IMG/VR virus record: IMGVR_UViG_3300021400_000080
Coordinates: 1-64,000 of that record
Reading direction: 5' to 3' (one strand)
From: a virus
Lineage: Duplodnaviria > Caudoviricetes
DNA: 64,000 nt
Under the pieces are notes generated by a model. The model did not search any database and had not been told where the DNA came from. It was given only the letters and a program-made list of their open reading frames with translations. The position numbers and the translations under genes were made by a program. Positions within the stretch are counted from its first letter, which is position 1; each line of letters opens with the position of its first letter. This document shows, piece after piece, positions 8,748-17,688 of this stretch.

Positions 8748-8758
8748 TTCGATCCCCC

Positions 8759-9109
8759 TCAGTAGAAGTACCCCTGATCCGGGCAGCCGTTGGACGGTCC
8801 GCACTTCTCGTAGACGGCATTGGAACGGCTCGCGATCTTGATGGGATACTTGAGAGCCGCGTTGTCCTTGTCGTAGCACGCGATGTCGATGCCCACATTC
8901 CTGTCGGTGACTCCCTTGTTCCAGTAGGCAACGAGGGAGTAGATGTCCTGTCCTCCGAACACTCCGTATCCCTCATAGTTGTCCTCGCGGATGTGTCCTC
9001 CCCCGAACTCCTTGGGGATGAGGACATAGACCGGGAAGGTCTTGCGGCCGGAGTAACGGTTGCAGATGCTCCTTCCAGTATCGCAGGTAAGCCATGAGAA
9101 GAACCCCAT
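8759..9109 (-). CDS. Hypothetical phage protein (MGFFSW-type N-terminus)
   Basis: MGFFSWLTCDT...YEGYGVFGGQDIY. Confidence 0.7.
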   Translation of the reverse strand: MGFFSWLTCDTGRSICNRYSGRKTFPVYVLIPKEFGGGHIREDNYEGYGVFGGQDIYSLVAYWNKGVTDRNVGIDIACYDKDNAALKYPIKIASRSNAVYEKCGPSNGCPDQGYFY

Positions 9110-9110
9110 C

Positions 9111-9380
9111 TCACTCACCCTCGCACACGATTCCGCAGTAATCCGCGACATCGGGGAGCAGTCCTCCTTCGGCAGCCGAATACACGGTATCGTCCAGCCA
9201 GATAAGGTCCAGGTTGTCGTAATCGTCCTTGCTCATCGGGAGGTCTCCGAGGAAGTCCCCGTCAGCGGATAGAACATCGAACGCATACGGTTCGATGTCA
9301 TCGGGGGTTTCACGGATTCCGTATCCGATCTCCACGTTGTTCACGGTCAGATTTCCGGTCTTGAGATAGTTTGTATCCAT
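9111..9380 (-). CDS. Hypothetical protein, member of a three-copy domain family
   Basis: Aligns with 10462-10713 and the C-terminus of 11116-11607 (LGxLP...AExGxLP). Confidence 0.7.
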   Translation of the reverse strand: MDTNYLKTGNLTVNNVEIGYGIRETPDDIEPYAFDVLSADGDFLGDLPMSKDDYDNLDLIWLDDTVYSAAEGGLLPDVADYCGIVCEGE

Positions 9381-9419
9381 TTTGATTCCTCTTGTTTTTT
9401 TGGGGTTTGGGAAGGGGTT

Positions 9420-9698
9420 TCAGCAATTGGTGTACTCGCAGAGGCAGTAGCCAATCTTGGTGATTCCGTTGTATCTCTCCGCAAAAATCCCGATGTAGTT
9501 GATGGACCTTGCTTGGAGACTGATGTGATTGTTTTGGTTCCAATAGGTCACAAATCCCTTATCGGTGTGGAGCCAAACATTGAATGTAGTGGGTTTGACC
9601 CTCTTGTATATGCGCCTGATTTCGGCAGCGGTCATGTTCTGTTTCTGATACCAGTGACCGTTGCGGCCCTTGTAATCGAAGTCAATTGCTCTAAACAT
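9420..9698 (-). CDS. Hypothetical protein, paralog of 4040-4300
   Basis: DYKGRNGHWY motif. Confidence 0.7.
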   Translation of the reverse strand: MFRAIDFDYKGRNGHWYQKQNMTAAEIRRIYKRVKPTTFNVWLHTDKGFVTYWNQNNHISLQARSINYIGIFAERYNGITKIGYCLCEYTNC

Positions 9699-9800
9699 TT
9701 TCGATTCCTCTTGTTTTTCTAAGGAGTTTTTCTGAAAGGGGTTTGCAGCCGTTCTTCACGGCTCGTTAAGTAATGTATTACTCGGTAGTATTTAATTCTT
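9699..9800 (-). promoter_or_regulatory. Early-type promoter cassette
   Basis: GTATTACTCGGTAGTAT (9775-9791) identical to 24741-24757; AGAGGAATCGAAA leader. Confidence 0.6.
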
Positions 9801-9811
9801 TCCTATCTCTG

Positions 9812-10150
9812 TCAGCAGTGTGTCTCGCAAGCGACCGCCCACCAGAGACCGCCTTCTCCCTTGAACTGAACCGCAGTCTGGCGGTAATCCCCGAAGGTTC
9901 CGTCGAGGTACTTGTACGCTTCCTCGCGCGTATCATAGATACGCGATGTGAAATAGATGGGGTCTTTCGGACCCTCCCACTTATCGAACCTCCTGACCTC
10001 TTCCTCGTCCTCGTCATCATCCCACGCTGGATCGCAGCTGAATCCATGCTCATAGGGATCGCAGTTGTGCTTCTGCCACTTGTAGCACTCTGCCACAATT
10101 TCCTTCTCCGGGGTTTCCGGACTGAACTCCAATATCTCGCAAGCGTGCAT
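9812..10150 (-). CDS. Hypothetical protein
   Basis: 112 aa with acidic insert. Confidence 0.65.
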   Translation of the reverse strand: MHACEILEFSPETPEKEIVAECYKWQKHNCDPYEHGFSCDPAWDDDEDEEEVRRFDKWEGPKDPIYFTSRIYDTREEAYKYLDGTFGDYRQTAVQFKGEGGLWWAVACETHC

Positions 10151-10159
10151 CTTTTCACC

Positions 10160-10387
10160 TCACTCGATGCTGTCGAGAGCATCAATGCAATCCGAAATGT
10201 AGGAGTCTGCATCCTCCAGATACCCGATGTTCTCCTGGAACCGATCTCCCTTCTCCCCATCGCGCAGCGAGTCAGGGAGGTTGTCGTACTTCTCTTCTTC
10301 CTCATCCCTGATCTCCTCGATCTCGCTCATGCAGTCGTTCAGTTTTTCAAGGATTTGGCTCAGTCTCTTTCTCTGTTCAGCGTTCAT
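10160..10387 (-). CDS. Hypothetical helical-hairpin phage protein
   Basis: MNAEQRKRL...EEEKYDNLPDSL..GEKG. Confidence 0.7.
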   Translation of the reverse strand: MNAEQRKRLSQILEKLNDCMSEIEEIRDEEEEKYDNLPDSLRDGEKGDRFQENIGYLEDADSYISDCIDALDSIE

Positions 10388-10461
10388 ACCGATTCCTTCT
10401 TTTCCGTGCCGGCTTGCGGCTCGTTATGTGTATGTATTACTTCCCTCTATTTATAGTTTAC

Positions 10462-10713
10462 TCATAAACCGCACTCGGTCGCAACTCCGGGCAAAAACCC
10501 ATATTCCGCTACGGATTGAACGGACTTAGCCAACCAATCCGGGTCGATCTCAGGGTTGCCGTCACTATACCACGGCAATTCGCCTAAATACGATCCAGAC
10601 TTGGAATAGAAGTCAAGGATGCCCTCATCGGTCTCGCTATGGGACTCTCTACACACCTTGTAGATGACCTCTACTCCGTTGATGACGATGGTTCCGGTTC
10701 TCATCAGCACCAA
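10462..10713 (-). CDS. Hypothetical protein, three-copy domain family
   Basis: YLGELP...VAEYGFLP. Confidence 0.7.
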   Translation of the reverse strand: MVLMRTGTIVINGVEVIYKVCRESHSETDEGILDFYSKSGSYLGELPWYSDGNPEIDPDWLAKSVQSVAEYGFLPGVATECGL

Positions 10714-11114
10714 ACCCCCAATGCCGCGTAACGGTCGGCCGAGAGACGGTGACTGTACTCTCCCACGATGACCGTGCGGCCATCCATTGTGCGGTAGTGT
10801 GTGACGATCTTCCTCTCCTCCGTCCCCTTGGATTCGGAGAACATTCTGAGGATGAACTTCGTACCGGGGATGTTGTGGGATGCCGTGTGCTTGGAAAGAA
10901 CCATTGAGAACGGAACCGCCAGATATGACGATGGCTGGTAAAGGATGCCCTTAAGACCGGATGCGGTCTCAATATACATCGTCTTGTAGTAGCGGAACTT
11001 CTTGTAGATCGCACGGACATCTTCTGCGTTTCCGACCTCGAATGTGTTGTCATATCCGTACTTGCCGCGGGTCTTGATTCTGACGATCCTCATGGGGTTG
11101 TCCTTGTACTCCAT
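10704..11114 (-). CDS. Hypothetical basic protein
   Basis: Start MEYKDNP after GAGTGAG. Confidence 0.6.
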   Translation of the reverse strand: MEYKDNPMRIVRIKTRGKYGYDNTFEVGNAEDVRAIYKKFRYYKTMYIETASGLKGILYQPSSYLAVPFSMVLSKHTASHNIPGTKFILRMFSESKGTEERKIVTHYRTMDGRTVIVGEYSHRLSADRYAALGVWC

Positions 11115-11115
11115 C

Positions 11116-11607
11116 TCACTCACCCCCGGTCTTGGTTTCAGCGATGTTGCACTCCTTCGCCAATTCGGGCAGCAGACCCATCTCGGCTGCGAGACGGACG
11201 GACTCCTTAAGGGAGTCCGGATTCGGGAACTTCCCATCATCCTTGTTAATGGGGAGGTTGCCGAGGTACTTCCAATCAATCGACCTGAACGAGACGATAC
11301 ACCCATCGGGGATGTCTTGCACGGCCTTGTACCTGATCGCGATTCCGTTCACCAAAAATGTATCGTATCCTTCCTTGAGTTTTTTCTGATCCTGCACATA
11401 TCTGCGTGCCTTGTTGAGATTGTTGTGAACCTTTACCAACGATGTGGCTGCATCATCCAGATACCCCTCCAGGGTAGGATCGCGCCCTGCAAGGGTGATG
11501 TCGTTGGCTTGCGTTATCACTTCATCAATTATTTTCAGCAGGTTGCGCCCTACTTCGTTCAAATGAATCAGTATGCCCTCAAAATCGGTCTCTATATCCA
11601 TACTCAT
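11116..11607 (-). CDS. Coiled-coil plus three-copy-family domain protein
   Basis: AGAGGAATCGAAATG leader; YLGNLP...AAEMGLLP. Confidence 0.7.
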   Translation of the reverse strand: MSMDIETDFEGILIHLNEVGRNLLKIIDEVITQANDITLAGRDPTLEGYLDDAATSLVKVHNNLNKARRYVQDQKKLKEGYDTFLVNGIAIRYKAVQDIPDGCIVSFRSIDWKYLGNLPINKDDGKFPNPDSLKESVRLAAEMGLLPELAKECNIAETKTGGE

Positions 11608-11650
11608 TTCGATTCCTCTTTTTTTTTGATTAATGGGTTTTAGAAGGGGT

Positions 11651-11968
11651 TTAACAACTCTTGGAGTGGTACTGGCCGTCAATCTCAATGAAGTGATAGC
11701 CGTTGATCTTGTATTCATTGATGTTCCCCATCTGCGTGCGGTAGTAAGGATAATCTCTGAACACCTTTTTCGAGATCTTGCCGTCATCACCGACAAAATG
11801 GGACATCTCGATGCGCCTTGCCGAACCGCACCAAACATCCACAAAGAAGTCGTTGATCCCGCGCTTGAGCAGTTTGCGGATGTACTCCCCTCCGGCATCG
11901 TTCTCACAATTCTTGGTGAACCAACGGCCAGTCGGCAGCTTGTATCCGATCGCGTAACTGATACTCAT
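11651..11968 (-). CDS. Hypothetical protein
   Basis: 105 aa ORF. Confidence 0.65.
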   Translation of the reverse strand: MSISYAIGYKLPTGRWFTKNCENDAGGEYIRKLLKRGINDFFVDVWCGSARRIEMSHFVGDDGKISKKVFRDYPYYRTQMGNINEYKINGYHFIEIDGQYHSKSC

Positions 11969-12150
11969 TCAACATCACCGGTTGAAACAGGGGGGTAGAT
12001 GTTTGCCGTGAACTTGTCGATGATGTGTGATTCGTATTCGCACCCGCAATACTCTGCGTATGCGAAAACGAAATCAATCTCGTTGTCGAACTTCTCCGTT
12101 CTCTCGTATTCCCCATTGTGTCCGAAGATGTGCAGCTTGTAGGTTGTCAT
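11965..12150 (-). CDS. Hypothetical protein (first gene of a cassette)
   Basis: AGAGGAATCGAAATG leader. Confidence 0.65.
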   Translation of the reverse strand: MTTYKLHIFGHNGEYERTEKFDNEIDFVFAYAEYCGCEYESHIIDKFTANIYPPVSTGDVE

Positions 12151-12256
12151 TTCGATTCCTCTTTTTCCCTTGCGCTTCTGCGCTTGTTATTTGAGATATA
12201 GCATTAAGCAATATAAATAATTTGTTATCAACCCCCCTTATTATTACGCGCGCGTA
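12151..12256 (-). promoter_or_regulatory. Early-type promoter cassette with ACGCGCGCGT box
   Basis: Homologous to 5176-5280. Confidence 0.65.
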
Positions 12257-12272
12257 TAATCACGCGATTGTT

Positions 12273-12524
12273 TCACTCATTGTTTTCTGATTCGACCTTT
12301 TCTGGTTCTACCGGACCCAAACCGTTCCACAATAGGATCGCGGTCTCGCGGTCCTGTGCCAGCGGTCCCCTGAATCCGCACCCGGCGCACTTGACCTGGA
12401 TGCCGAGGGGACGGAACGACCCCGTGGTCCATGTGCGGTCCGATCCGCACCGGGGACACGGCTGCACGTCCTCCCTCGGTCCGTGCTTCTCCCTGTGCGC
12501 TCTCCACTTCTCTCCTATGCTCAT
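12273..12524 (-). CDS. Lar-like Zn-binding protein
   Basis: PCPRCG...VKCAGCG...AILLWN. Confidence 0.65.
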   Translation of the reverse strand: MSIGEKWRAHREKHGPREDVQPCPRCGSDRTWTTGSFRPLGIQVKCAGCGFRGPLAQDRETAILLWNGLGPVEPEKVESENNE

Positions 12525-13231
12525 AATACCACCTTCTTGTCCAGTCTCTTGATGATGTTCTCGTCATTGACCATCCTCGGAGCCACATAGTAGGACATCC
12601 TTACACCGTAGGCATCCCATGTGAACTTCGCAATAGATTGATTCTCCCAATCCACGGTCACGTCCCCCTTGACCATCCTTGCCAGCTTCTTGAGGTAGGC
12701 CGCAGCGAACAACGTGTATCCGGGTTCCCCGATGTTCCCGTGCATCTTGACACGGATATTGTCCAGTATGCCCATGTAGTGACCTTCGGAGTCGTTCTTG
12801 ATGTAAATCACCGGATCGTCCTTGAGGTCTTGGGATGCCAGCACCTGGATGGTCTTGGAATCAACGGATGCCCGGTAAGGATAGGTCTTGACGAGGACCC
12901 TCTTGAGGTTCGGAGATAGACCCTCTATCACATACTGACGATGGCATACCGTGACATCCGCACCGATGTTGTGCGAACTGCCGTCCTCCGCGAAAGAGAT
13001 GGTCCCCTTGAATCTGTTAAGGCCTCTGCCCAACGTTTCTGCCGAGATCGTGAACGGCTGCGTAGCGATTACCGGACCCGTCTCAATGTTCTCGATGGTC
13101 AGCATGGTACTGCGTATGTTATCCAGCGCGTACATCATATCCTCGCCCAGCTGCGCTGCTGCATCCTTGTTCACGGTCATCAGACACTTGGCGATGTATT
13201 TGAGCCGGGTTGAATCAATTGCCGGATCCAT
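12521..13231 (-). CDS. Divergent PCNA-like sliding clamp
   Basis: 236 aa; C-terminal FAAAYLKKL...VTVDW...SYYVAPR resembles the PCNA YxxxYL...YYLAPR terminus. Confidence 0.6.
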   Translation of the reverse strand: MDPAIDSTRLKYIAKCLMTVNKDAAAQLGEDMMYALDNIRSTMLTIENIETGPVIATQPFTISAETLGRGLNRFKGTISFAEDGSSHNIGADVTVCHRQYVIEGLSPNLKRVLVKTYPYRASVDSKTIQVLASQDLKDDPVIYIKNDSEGHYMGILDNIRVKMHGNIGEPGYTLFAAAYLKKLARMVKGDVTVDWENQSIAKFTWDAYGVRMSYYVAPRMVNDENIIKRLDKKVVL

Positions 13232-13481
13232 ATTCGTTCCCTCCGTAGCGGTTCGCCCAATCCAGGATTCCGTGTAATGCTATCCTGTCCTCGTCCGTGG
13301 TCGCGGATATGCTCACGATGTCGGTTGAACGTATCAGCGTGGTACACGGCTCATCCTCATTATCGGTCGGCAGCTCCCATATCGGGATCCATACTTCCTC
13401 TTGCAGACTCGACAATATGTCCTCCCACAGATGAGGGGTAGCGAACTCCTTGCCGTCCCTTGTCCTGATTATTATGCTCAT
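13215..13481 (-). CDS. Hypothetical protein
   Basis: MSIIIRTRDG..., 88 aa. Confidence 0.6.
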   Translation of the reverse strand: MSIIIRTRDGKEFATPHLWEDILSSLQEEVWIPIWELPTDNEDEPCTTLIRSTDIVSISATTDEDRIALHGILDWANRYGGNEYGSGN

Positions 13482-14596
13482 TCCTTCTTCCTCTCCAATC
13501 TCTTGTATCTCTCGATGTCCTTCTCCGGGGGGTTGAAAACCCATCCCAGGAGCCATGTATCCTTATCGTCCTTGCCCTTCCTGTAAATCTGCCAACGGCT
13601 GCCCTTGATGTCCCCTGAAAGGGCATCGCAGCCGTAACCCGTGCGCGTGTCCTCGATGTAGCGGGTGAACACCCGATCCTCGGTATATCCCTCCACACGG
13701 AGGAAATTATCGAAATCGGTGAAATAATCCTCGGCTCCGTCCGACATGGTAGACCCCATGCTCGACCGCCATATCCAGTCGTTGCGCGGGGTCCTCGGTT
13801 TGTTCACGGGATCGGGATACGCTTGGGAACATACCTTGCAATACCTCTTCCCGTCCACCTGGATGTCCTCTCCGTACAATTCGTATCCGCGCCACTTCTT
13901 ATGGCACACGCAGCACTTCGGCTCGTAATCATCGGACAGATACTTGAAGTAGTCATTGACCGCATAGCACCACTTAGATATGTCGTAGTGCATCCCCCCG
14001 TTCTTGTCGCGGTATCCTCCGATACGGTGTCTCTTATCCCCTTCGGAGTCCTCAACGAATGTCAAGGGGAACAACTCGAACGGAATGTCCTCTTCTTTTC
14101 TTCCACACGGATGTTTGCCTCCGTTCCACGACACATCGCAGCGGTAGTCCTTATACTCCGGATTGCAGTACAGTACGTCCGGTATCTGATTGATAGGGTA
14201 TGTTCCCCAATAATTACCCGAACAATTCAGATGTTCGCACGTCTTGAGGTTGATACGGTACTTCTTGGGATCGGACCAATCCTCGCATGTAAATATACCG
14301 AGTGGCTTGTATTCGGGTATGATCTCCGCTTCTATCGTGGGTTCCTCTCCGCACCACGGACATACTTTTAAGTGAAGATCCAGCGACTCCTTGAGCCGGG
14401 CGGTAATCTCCTTCTCCATCTTCTTGGCCTTGAGGTACTGCTCGTGTTCCCTATCCTTCCTCTTCTTCTCCGTGTCTCTCAACTCCCGTAGGTTGTCTGC
14501 CGATTCCTGCAATAACCTCATAAGATTGTTATGGGCGCGTTGCTCCTTCTCGGCTTTCCTCTGCGCCCTTCTGTCCAGCATCCTTCTTACTCCCAT
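13478..14596 (-). CDS. Coiled-coil / multi-Zn-finger protein
   Basis: Charged N-terminus; CPWC, CCVC, CKVC; YWGTYPI motif shared with 15289-15654. Confidence 0.7.
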   Translation of the reverse strand: MGVRRMLDRRAQRKAEKEQRAHNNLMRLLQESADNLRELRDTEKKRKDREHEQYLKAKKMEKEITARLKESLDLHLKVCPWCGEEPTIEAEIIPEYKPLGIFTCEDWSDPKKYRINLKTCEHLNCSGNYWGTYPINQIPDVLYCNPEYKDYRCDVSWNGGKHPCGRKEEDIPFELFPLTFVEDSEGDKRHRIGGYRDKNGGMHYDISKWCYAVNDYFKYLSDDYEPKCCVCHKKWRGYELYGEDIQVDGKRYCKVCSQAYPDPVNKPRTPRNDWIWRSSMGSTMSDGAEDYFTDFDNFLRVEGYTEDRVFTRYIEDTRTGYGCDALSGDIKGSRWQIYRKGKDDKDTWLLGWVFNPPEKDIERYKRLERKKE

Positions 14597-14939
14597 CAGT
14601 CCACTTCCTCTCGAAATCCAGTTTTCTCTTCTCCCTTTCCATTTCCCCTTCTTTCCAACATTCGTGCCGCCATTCATCGTACATCTTGGACAGTTTGGCC
14701 GCGCATCTCGGACATACGGTCTCATAAACCTTCGCACGGGGTCTCCCACGGGATTTGCCGTGAATGATAGGGGGATAGCGACATATATTGAAGAACGGTC
14801 CTCCGGTCATCTTGATCTTCAGGGTCTTAGGGGACACATAGGACCAATCGTTGTATCCTCCGACGTACATGTTTTCTCTGTCAGCGATACGTCCACACAC
14901 ATCGCATAGCGTTCCCTCAAGAACGATCTTCTTCCTCAT
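14529..14939 (-). CDS. Zn-finger protein, tandem paralog of 14936-15292
   Basis: MRKKIVLEGTLCDVCG...VCPRC...LDFERKW. Confidence 0.7.
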   Translation of the reverse strand: MRKKIVLEGTLCDVCGRIADRENMYVGGYNDWSYVSPKTLKIKMTGGPFFNICRYPPIIHGKSRGRPRAKVYETVCPRCAAKLSKMYDEWRHECWKEGEMEREKRKLDFERKWTDGSKKDAGQKGAEESREGATRP

Positions 14940-15292
14940 TCCTCTCCCCCGGTTCTGCCTCCGTATTTCTGCTCGAAATCGAGTATGCGTTTGGCACGTT
15001 CCTCTTCGCCGGCCTTGTCACACTCTCTTATCCATTGATTATAATGGCTTAGAAAACGAGACACACATCTCGGACAGATCTGTTTCTTCCCCGTTCTGAT
15101 GTTGTGGTATCCGTATACCGTTTCGAGACCCCTGTACTTGAGGGGGGATGACATCTTCACGGTCAGTCTTTTTTCGCATACCCACGATATATCATGCCCT
15201 GTCACGGGATCCTTCTCCACAAGGATGCCCGGGTCTATCACACACCCGCACGTTTCGCAGATCGCTCCGTCCAACACCATCTTCTTTCTCAT
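14936..15292 (-). CDS. Zn-finger protein, tandem paralog of 14529-14939
   Basis: MRKKMVLDGAICETCG...ICPRC...LDFEQKY. Confidence 0.7.
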   Translation of the reverse strand: MRKKMVLDGAICETCGCVIDPGILVEKDPVTGHDISWVCEKRLTVKMSSPLKYRGLETVYGYHNIRTGKKQICPRCVSRFLSHYNQWIRECDKAGEEERAKRILDFEQKYGGRTGGEE

Positions 15293-15654
15293 ATCCTCAA
15301 CCTCAATTGCGTATCTATCGACATATCCCTCTGAACTTCATCGAGATGCTGGCTGATGGGATATGTTCCCCAATACGAATAATTCTCCGCATATTCCTTG
15401 ATAGTGCCGCAGCCGTCACCACAATAGAACTGTCTGCGCCATGTCCTCTTGATGTACCACGGCTCCGGGTCCCTTTTTTCGGACAATCTCTTCTTCTTGG
15501 ACCTCTGACCGCATGCACATGTCCAAATGCGCTTGTACTCCGGTCTGTATCCGTTCAGATGATGTTTGCGGTATAAGGGCGAATAGTCGCAATACGGACA
15601 GTATGTCCATTTGTAGTCGGGGTTGGTGATGTAGTCGGGGATGTAATCACTCAT
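15289..15654 (-). CDS. Zn-binding hypothetical protein
   Basis: CPYC, CACG, YWGTYPI. Confidence 0.6.
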   Translation of the reverse strand: MSDYIPDYITNPDYKWTYCPYCDYSPLYRKHHLNGYRPEYKRIWTCACGQRSKKKRLSEKRDPEPWYIKRTWRRQFYCGDGCGTIKEYAENYSYWGTYPISQHLDEVQRDMSIDTQLRLRI

Positions 15655-15856
15655 GTCTATCATCTGACACGATACGATGGATAGCGTACTTGATGTTGCA
15701 CATCGGACAATGGCACGGATACTCCCTTTCGTAGCTGTCCTTGTCGCAGCGTGAACAATGTCCGAGATAACGTTCCGCATATCCCTTGATAGGGATCTTC
15801 GTTCCGCACCACGGACATACGGTCTCGCCGGGTTGTTCTTTCCACTCCCAGGTCAT
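15647..15856 (-). CDS. Cys-rich Zn-finger protein
   Basis: CPWC, CSRC, CPMC. Confidence 0.65.
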   Translation of the reverse strand: MTWEWKEQPGETVCPWCGTKIPIKGYAERYLGHCSRCDKDSYEREYPCHCPMCNIKYAIHRIVSDDRHE

Positions 15857-16434
15857 GCGGCCCACTCGTCCATCGACCTCTGCGGGGTCTTGCCGTCCAT
15901 ATCATCGACGATCACACCTAGGATGGCCGCGAAACAATCCACGACCACACTGTTCCCTGCGAAACGGTAGATCGCACTGTTGGAGTAGGTCGGCTTTTCC
16001 GTGACCTTGCCGTTCTTGGCGGTCTTGACGGTCTTGGCATCCATCAGACGATCTATCTCATCGTCGTCGTACCCCATCAGGCGCATACATTCGCGCGGGG
16101 TCAGTTTACGCACGCGCAATCTGGATACGTCGGTCTCATCGAGGGCATCTCCTATCTCTCCGGCATCGGACATCTTGTAGCTGCCCGACTTGTCGCGGTA
16201 GACATAGCCGACGTAGGGGTTGCCGTCCTTGTCGGTGAACACACCATCCGCGACATCGCCCATATAGCCGACATGCCCTATCTCGTGACCGATCCCGTCG
16301 TAAACGGGGATGTCCGGACCGTGGACCTCGTGGATACCGTGGCGGTATTCCCATTCCGCGACCGCGCCCTTGAGGGCATCTGTCAGACTGTCGTATCTCT
16401 TCGCGTTCTCTTCCTTACTCAATGTGTATTCCAT
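15853..16434 (-). CDS. C5 methyltransferase C-terminal subunit (motifs IX-X)
   Basis: RVRKLTPRECMRLMGY and YRFAGNSVVVDC; no motifs I-VIII. Confidence 0.85.
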   Translation of the reverse strand: MEYTLSKEENAKRYDSLTDALKGAVAEWEYRHGIHEVHGPDIPVYDGIGHEIGHVGYMGDVADGVFTDKDGNPYVGYVYRDKSGSYKMSDAGEIGDALDETDVSRLRVRKLTPRECMRLMGYDDDEIDRLMDAKTVKTAKNGKVTEKPTYSNSAIYRFAGNSVVVDCFAAILGVIVDDMDGKTPQRSMDEWAA

Positions 16435-16470
16435 TGTAGCACACTCGTTGTTCTATCCAGTGATTGTAGG

Positions 16471-16499
16471 TATAAATACAATTCCATACAATCACATAC
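16471..16499 (-). promoter_or_regulatory. Promoter-like element shared with the ERF gene upstream region
   Basis: GTATGTGATTGTATGGAATTGTATTTATA vs GTATGTGATTGTATGGAAATGTATATAAT at 35725-35753. Confidence 0.6.
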
Positions 16500-16677
16500 A
16501 ATCAATTGCCTTGACTACTACTCCTACCCCGCCGCCGGACCATGTGGTGATGGAGTTGCTTCTGCCGTGGGTGACGGGTGATTTGCTCTTACCGGGGAAC
16601 TCCGTGAAGATGGAATCTCCCTCGTATGCCTACATATATCCCGTAGGGTTATCGGCTCTGATCCTTATGCACTGCAT
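16492..16677 (-). CDS. MTase TRD-like module 12, in-frame TAG at codon 16 (16630-16632)
   Basis: MQCIRIRADNPTGYM*AYEGDSIFTEFPGKSK...SNSITTWSGGGVGVVV; matches the GYxEAxEGDSI...NTLTT...GVV repeat of phage C5 MTases. Confidence 0.75.
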
Positions 16678-16825
16678 CCTCTCTCTCCGTCATAACCATC
16701 ACTGCCTGACCCCCTCCGTTAATCGACGTTATCGTGGGGGATATTCCTCTCGGTGAATAGATCCTCTTCGCCATTATGTAACCCGATGGGATGTCCAATT
16801 CGGCTGCGACGATTATCCGACACAT
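16649..16825 (-). CDS. MTase TRD-like module 11
   Basis: Manual ORF ...KRIYSPRGISPTITSINGGG..., 58 aa. Confidence 0.7.
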   Translation of the reverse strand: MCRIIVAAELDIPSGYIMAKRIYSPRGISPTITSINGGGQAVMVMTEREDAVHKDQSR

Positions 16826-16997
16826 CCCAAACCACTACTCCCAATTCACCGGGTCTTGCCGTTACGGTTCCCGCTACCCCTCCCCCCATAACGGGGGTAT
16901 GACGATCCCCTACATAGGTCAGGAACACACAATCCCAAACATGGGCCGTCTTGAACTTTCTCTCTTGGTTCGCCACTATCCTTACCACGTCGGACAT
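16719..16997 (-). CDS. MTase TRD-like module 10
   Basis: VMGGGVAGTVTARPGELGVVV. Confidence 0.6.
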   Translation of the reverse strand: MSDVVRIVANQERKFKTAHVWDCVFLTYVGDRHTPVMGGGVAGTVTARPGELGVVVWDVSDNRRSRIGHPIGLHNGEEDLFTERNIPHDNVD

Positions 16998-17167
16998 AAT
17001 ACCGTACCTCCTCCGTCCTTACTGCGGATCGTACTGCTCTATCCGTCTGCACTGATTATCGCCTCGCCTTTATAATGCGGGTCTGCTGCGATACGGATGA
17101 TCCCCGATTGGGGGGATATACGACCCAGGTTGCTCACCTTCCAATGATTGCGGGTATCTTCTTCCAT
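16982..17167 (-). CDS. MTase TRD-like module 9, in-frame TAG at codon 43 (17039-17041)
   Basis: ...AIISADG*SSTIRSKDGGG aligns with VYSDEGICPTIPTGGGG. Confidence 0.7.
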
Positions 17168-17168
17168 G

Positions 17169-17540
17169 TTAAACCTCCACCGCTATCCAACCCGGATGAT
17201 TGGCGGTTATGGTCGGGGACAATCCTCTTTCGTGATATGCTCTGCCGCCCATCTCGAACACGTTGGGAACGGGGATGCTCACCCCGACTGCATCCCATCC
17301 TTCGATGCCCAACAGATCGCGTACCCTCGGCCATATAGACACTTCCGGGGGTGCGTTGTATCTATCCGTCCTGAACCAATGTTCGGCCTCTGTGACAGGA
17401 ACGGAAAGAGCATCCGCTACGCTGCGGATCGTCATCCCCTTACGCATACGCGCATCTTTAAGGACACGGGCGAGTTCTATGGAATCGAAATCCGGACGAT
17501 GGGATACCGTGAACAACACATCCAATTCGATGAGTCTCAT
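17169..17540 (-). CDS. MTase TRD-like module 8 containing an XRE-type HTH
   Basis: LKDARMRKGMTIRSVADALSV HTH followed by RAYHERGLSPTITA. Confidence 0.7.
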   Translation of the reverse strand: MRLIELDVLFTVSHRPDFDSIELARVLKDARMRKGMTIRSVADALSVPVTEAEHWFRTDRYNAPPEVSIWPRVRDLLGIEGWDAVGVSIPVPNVFEMGGRAYHERGLSPTITANHPGWIAVEV

Positions 17541-17688
17541 ATCCTCTCACCAATATCTTCGGCATCACGTTACCTCCCCCGCCCGTAGGGATGGTCGGAC
17601 AGATACCCTCATCGGAATAGACCCTCTTGAGACAGTCGTAGCCGTTGAGGGCGGGCAACGTGCATACCTGTTCACATCTCTTCGTCAT
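17458..17688 (-). CDS. MTase TRD-like module 7
   Basis: KRVYSDEGICPTIPTGGGGNVMPKILV. Confidence 0.75.
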   Translation of the reverse strand: MTKRCEQVCTLPALNGYDCLKRVYSDEGICPTIPTGGGGNVMPKILVRGYETHRIGCVVHGIPSSGFRFHRTRPCP

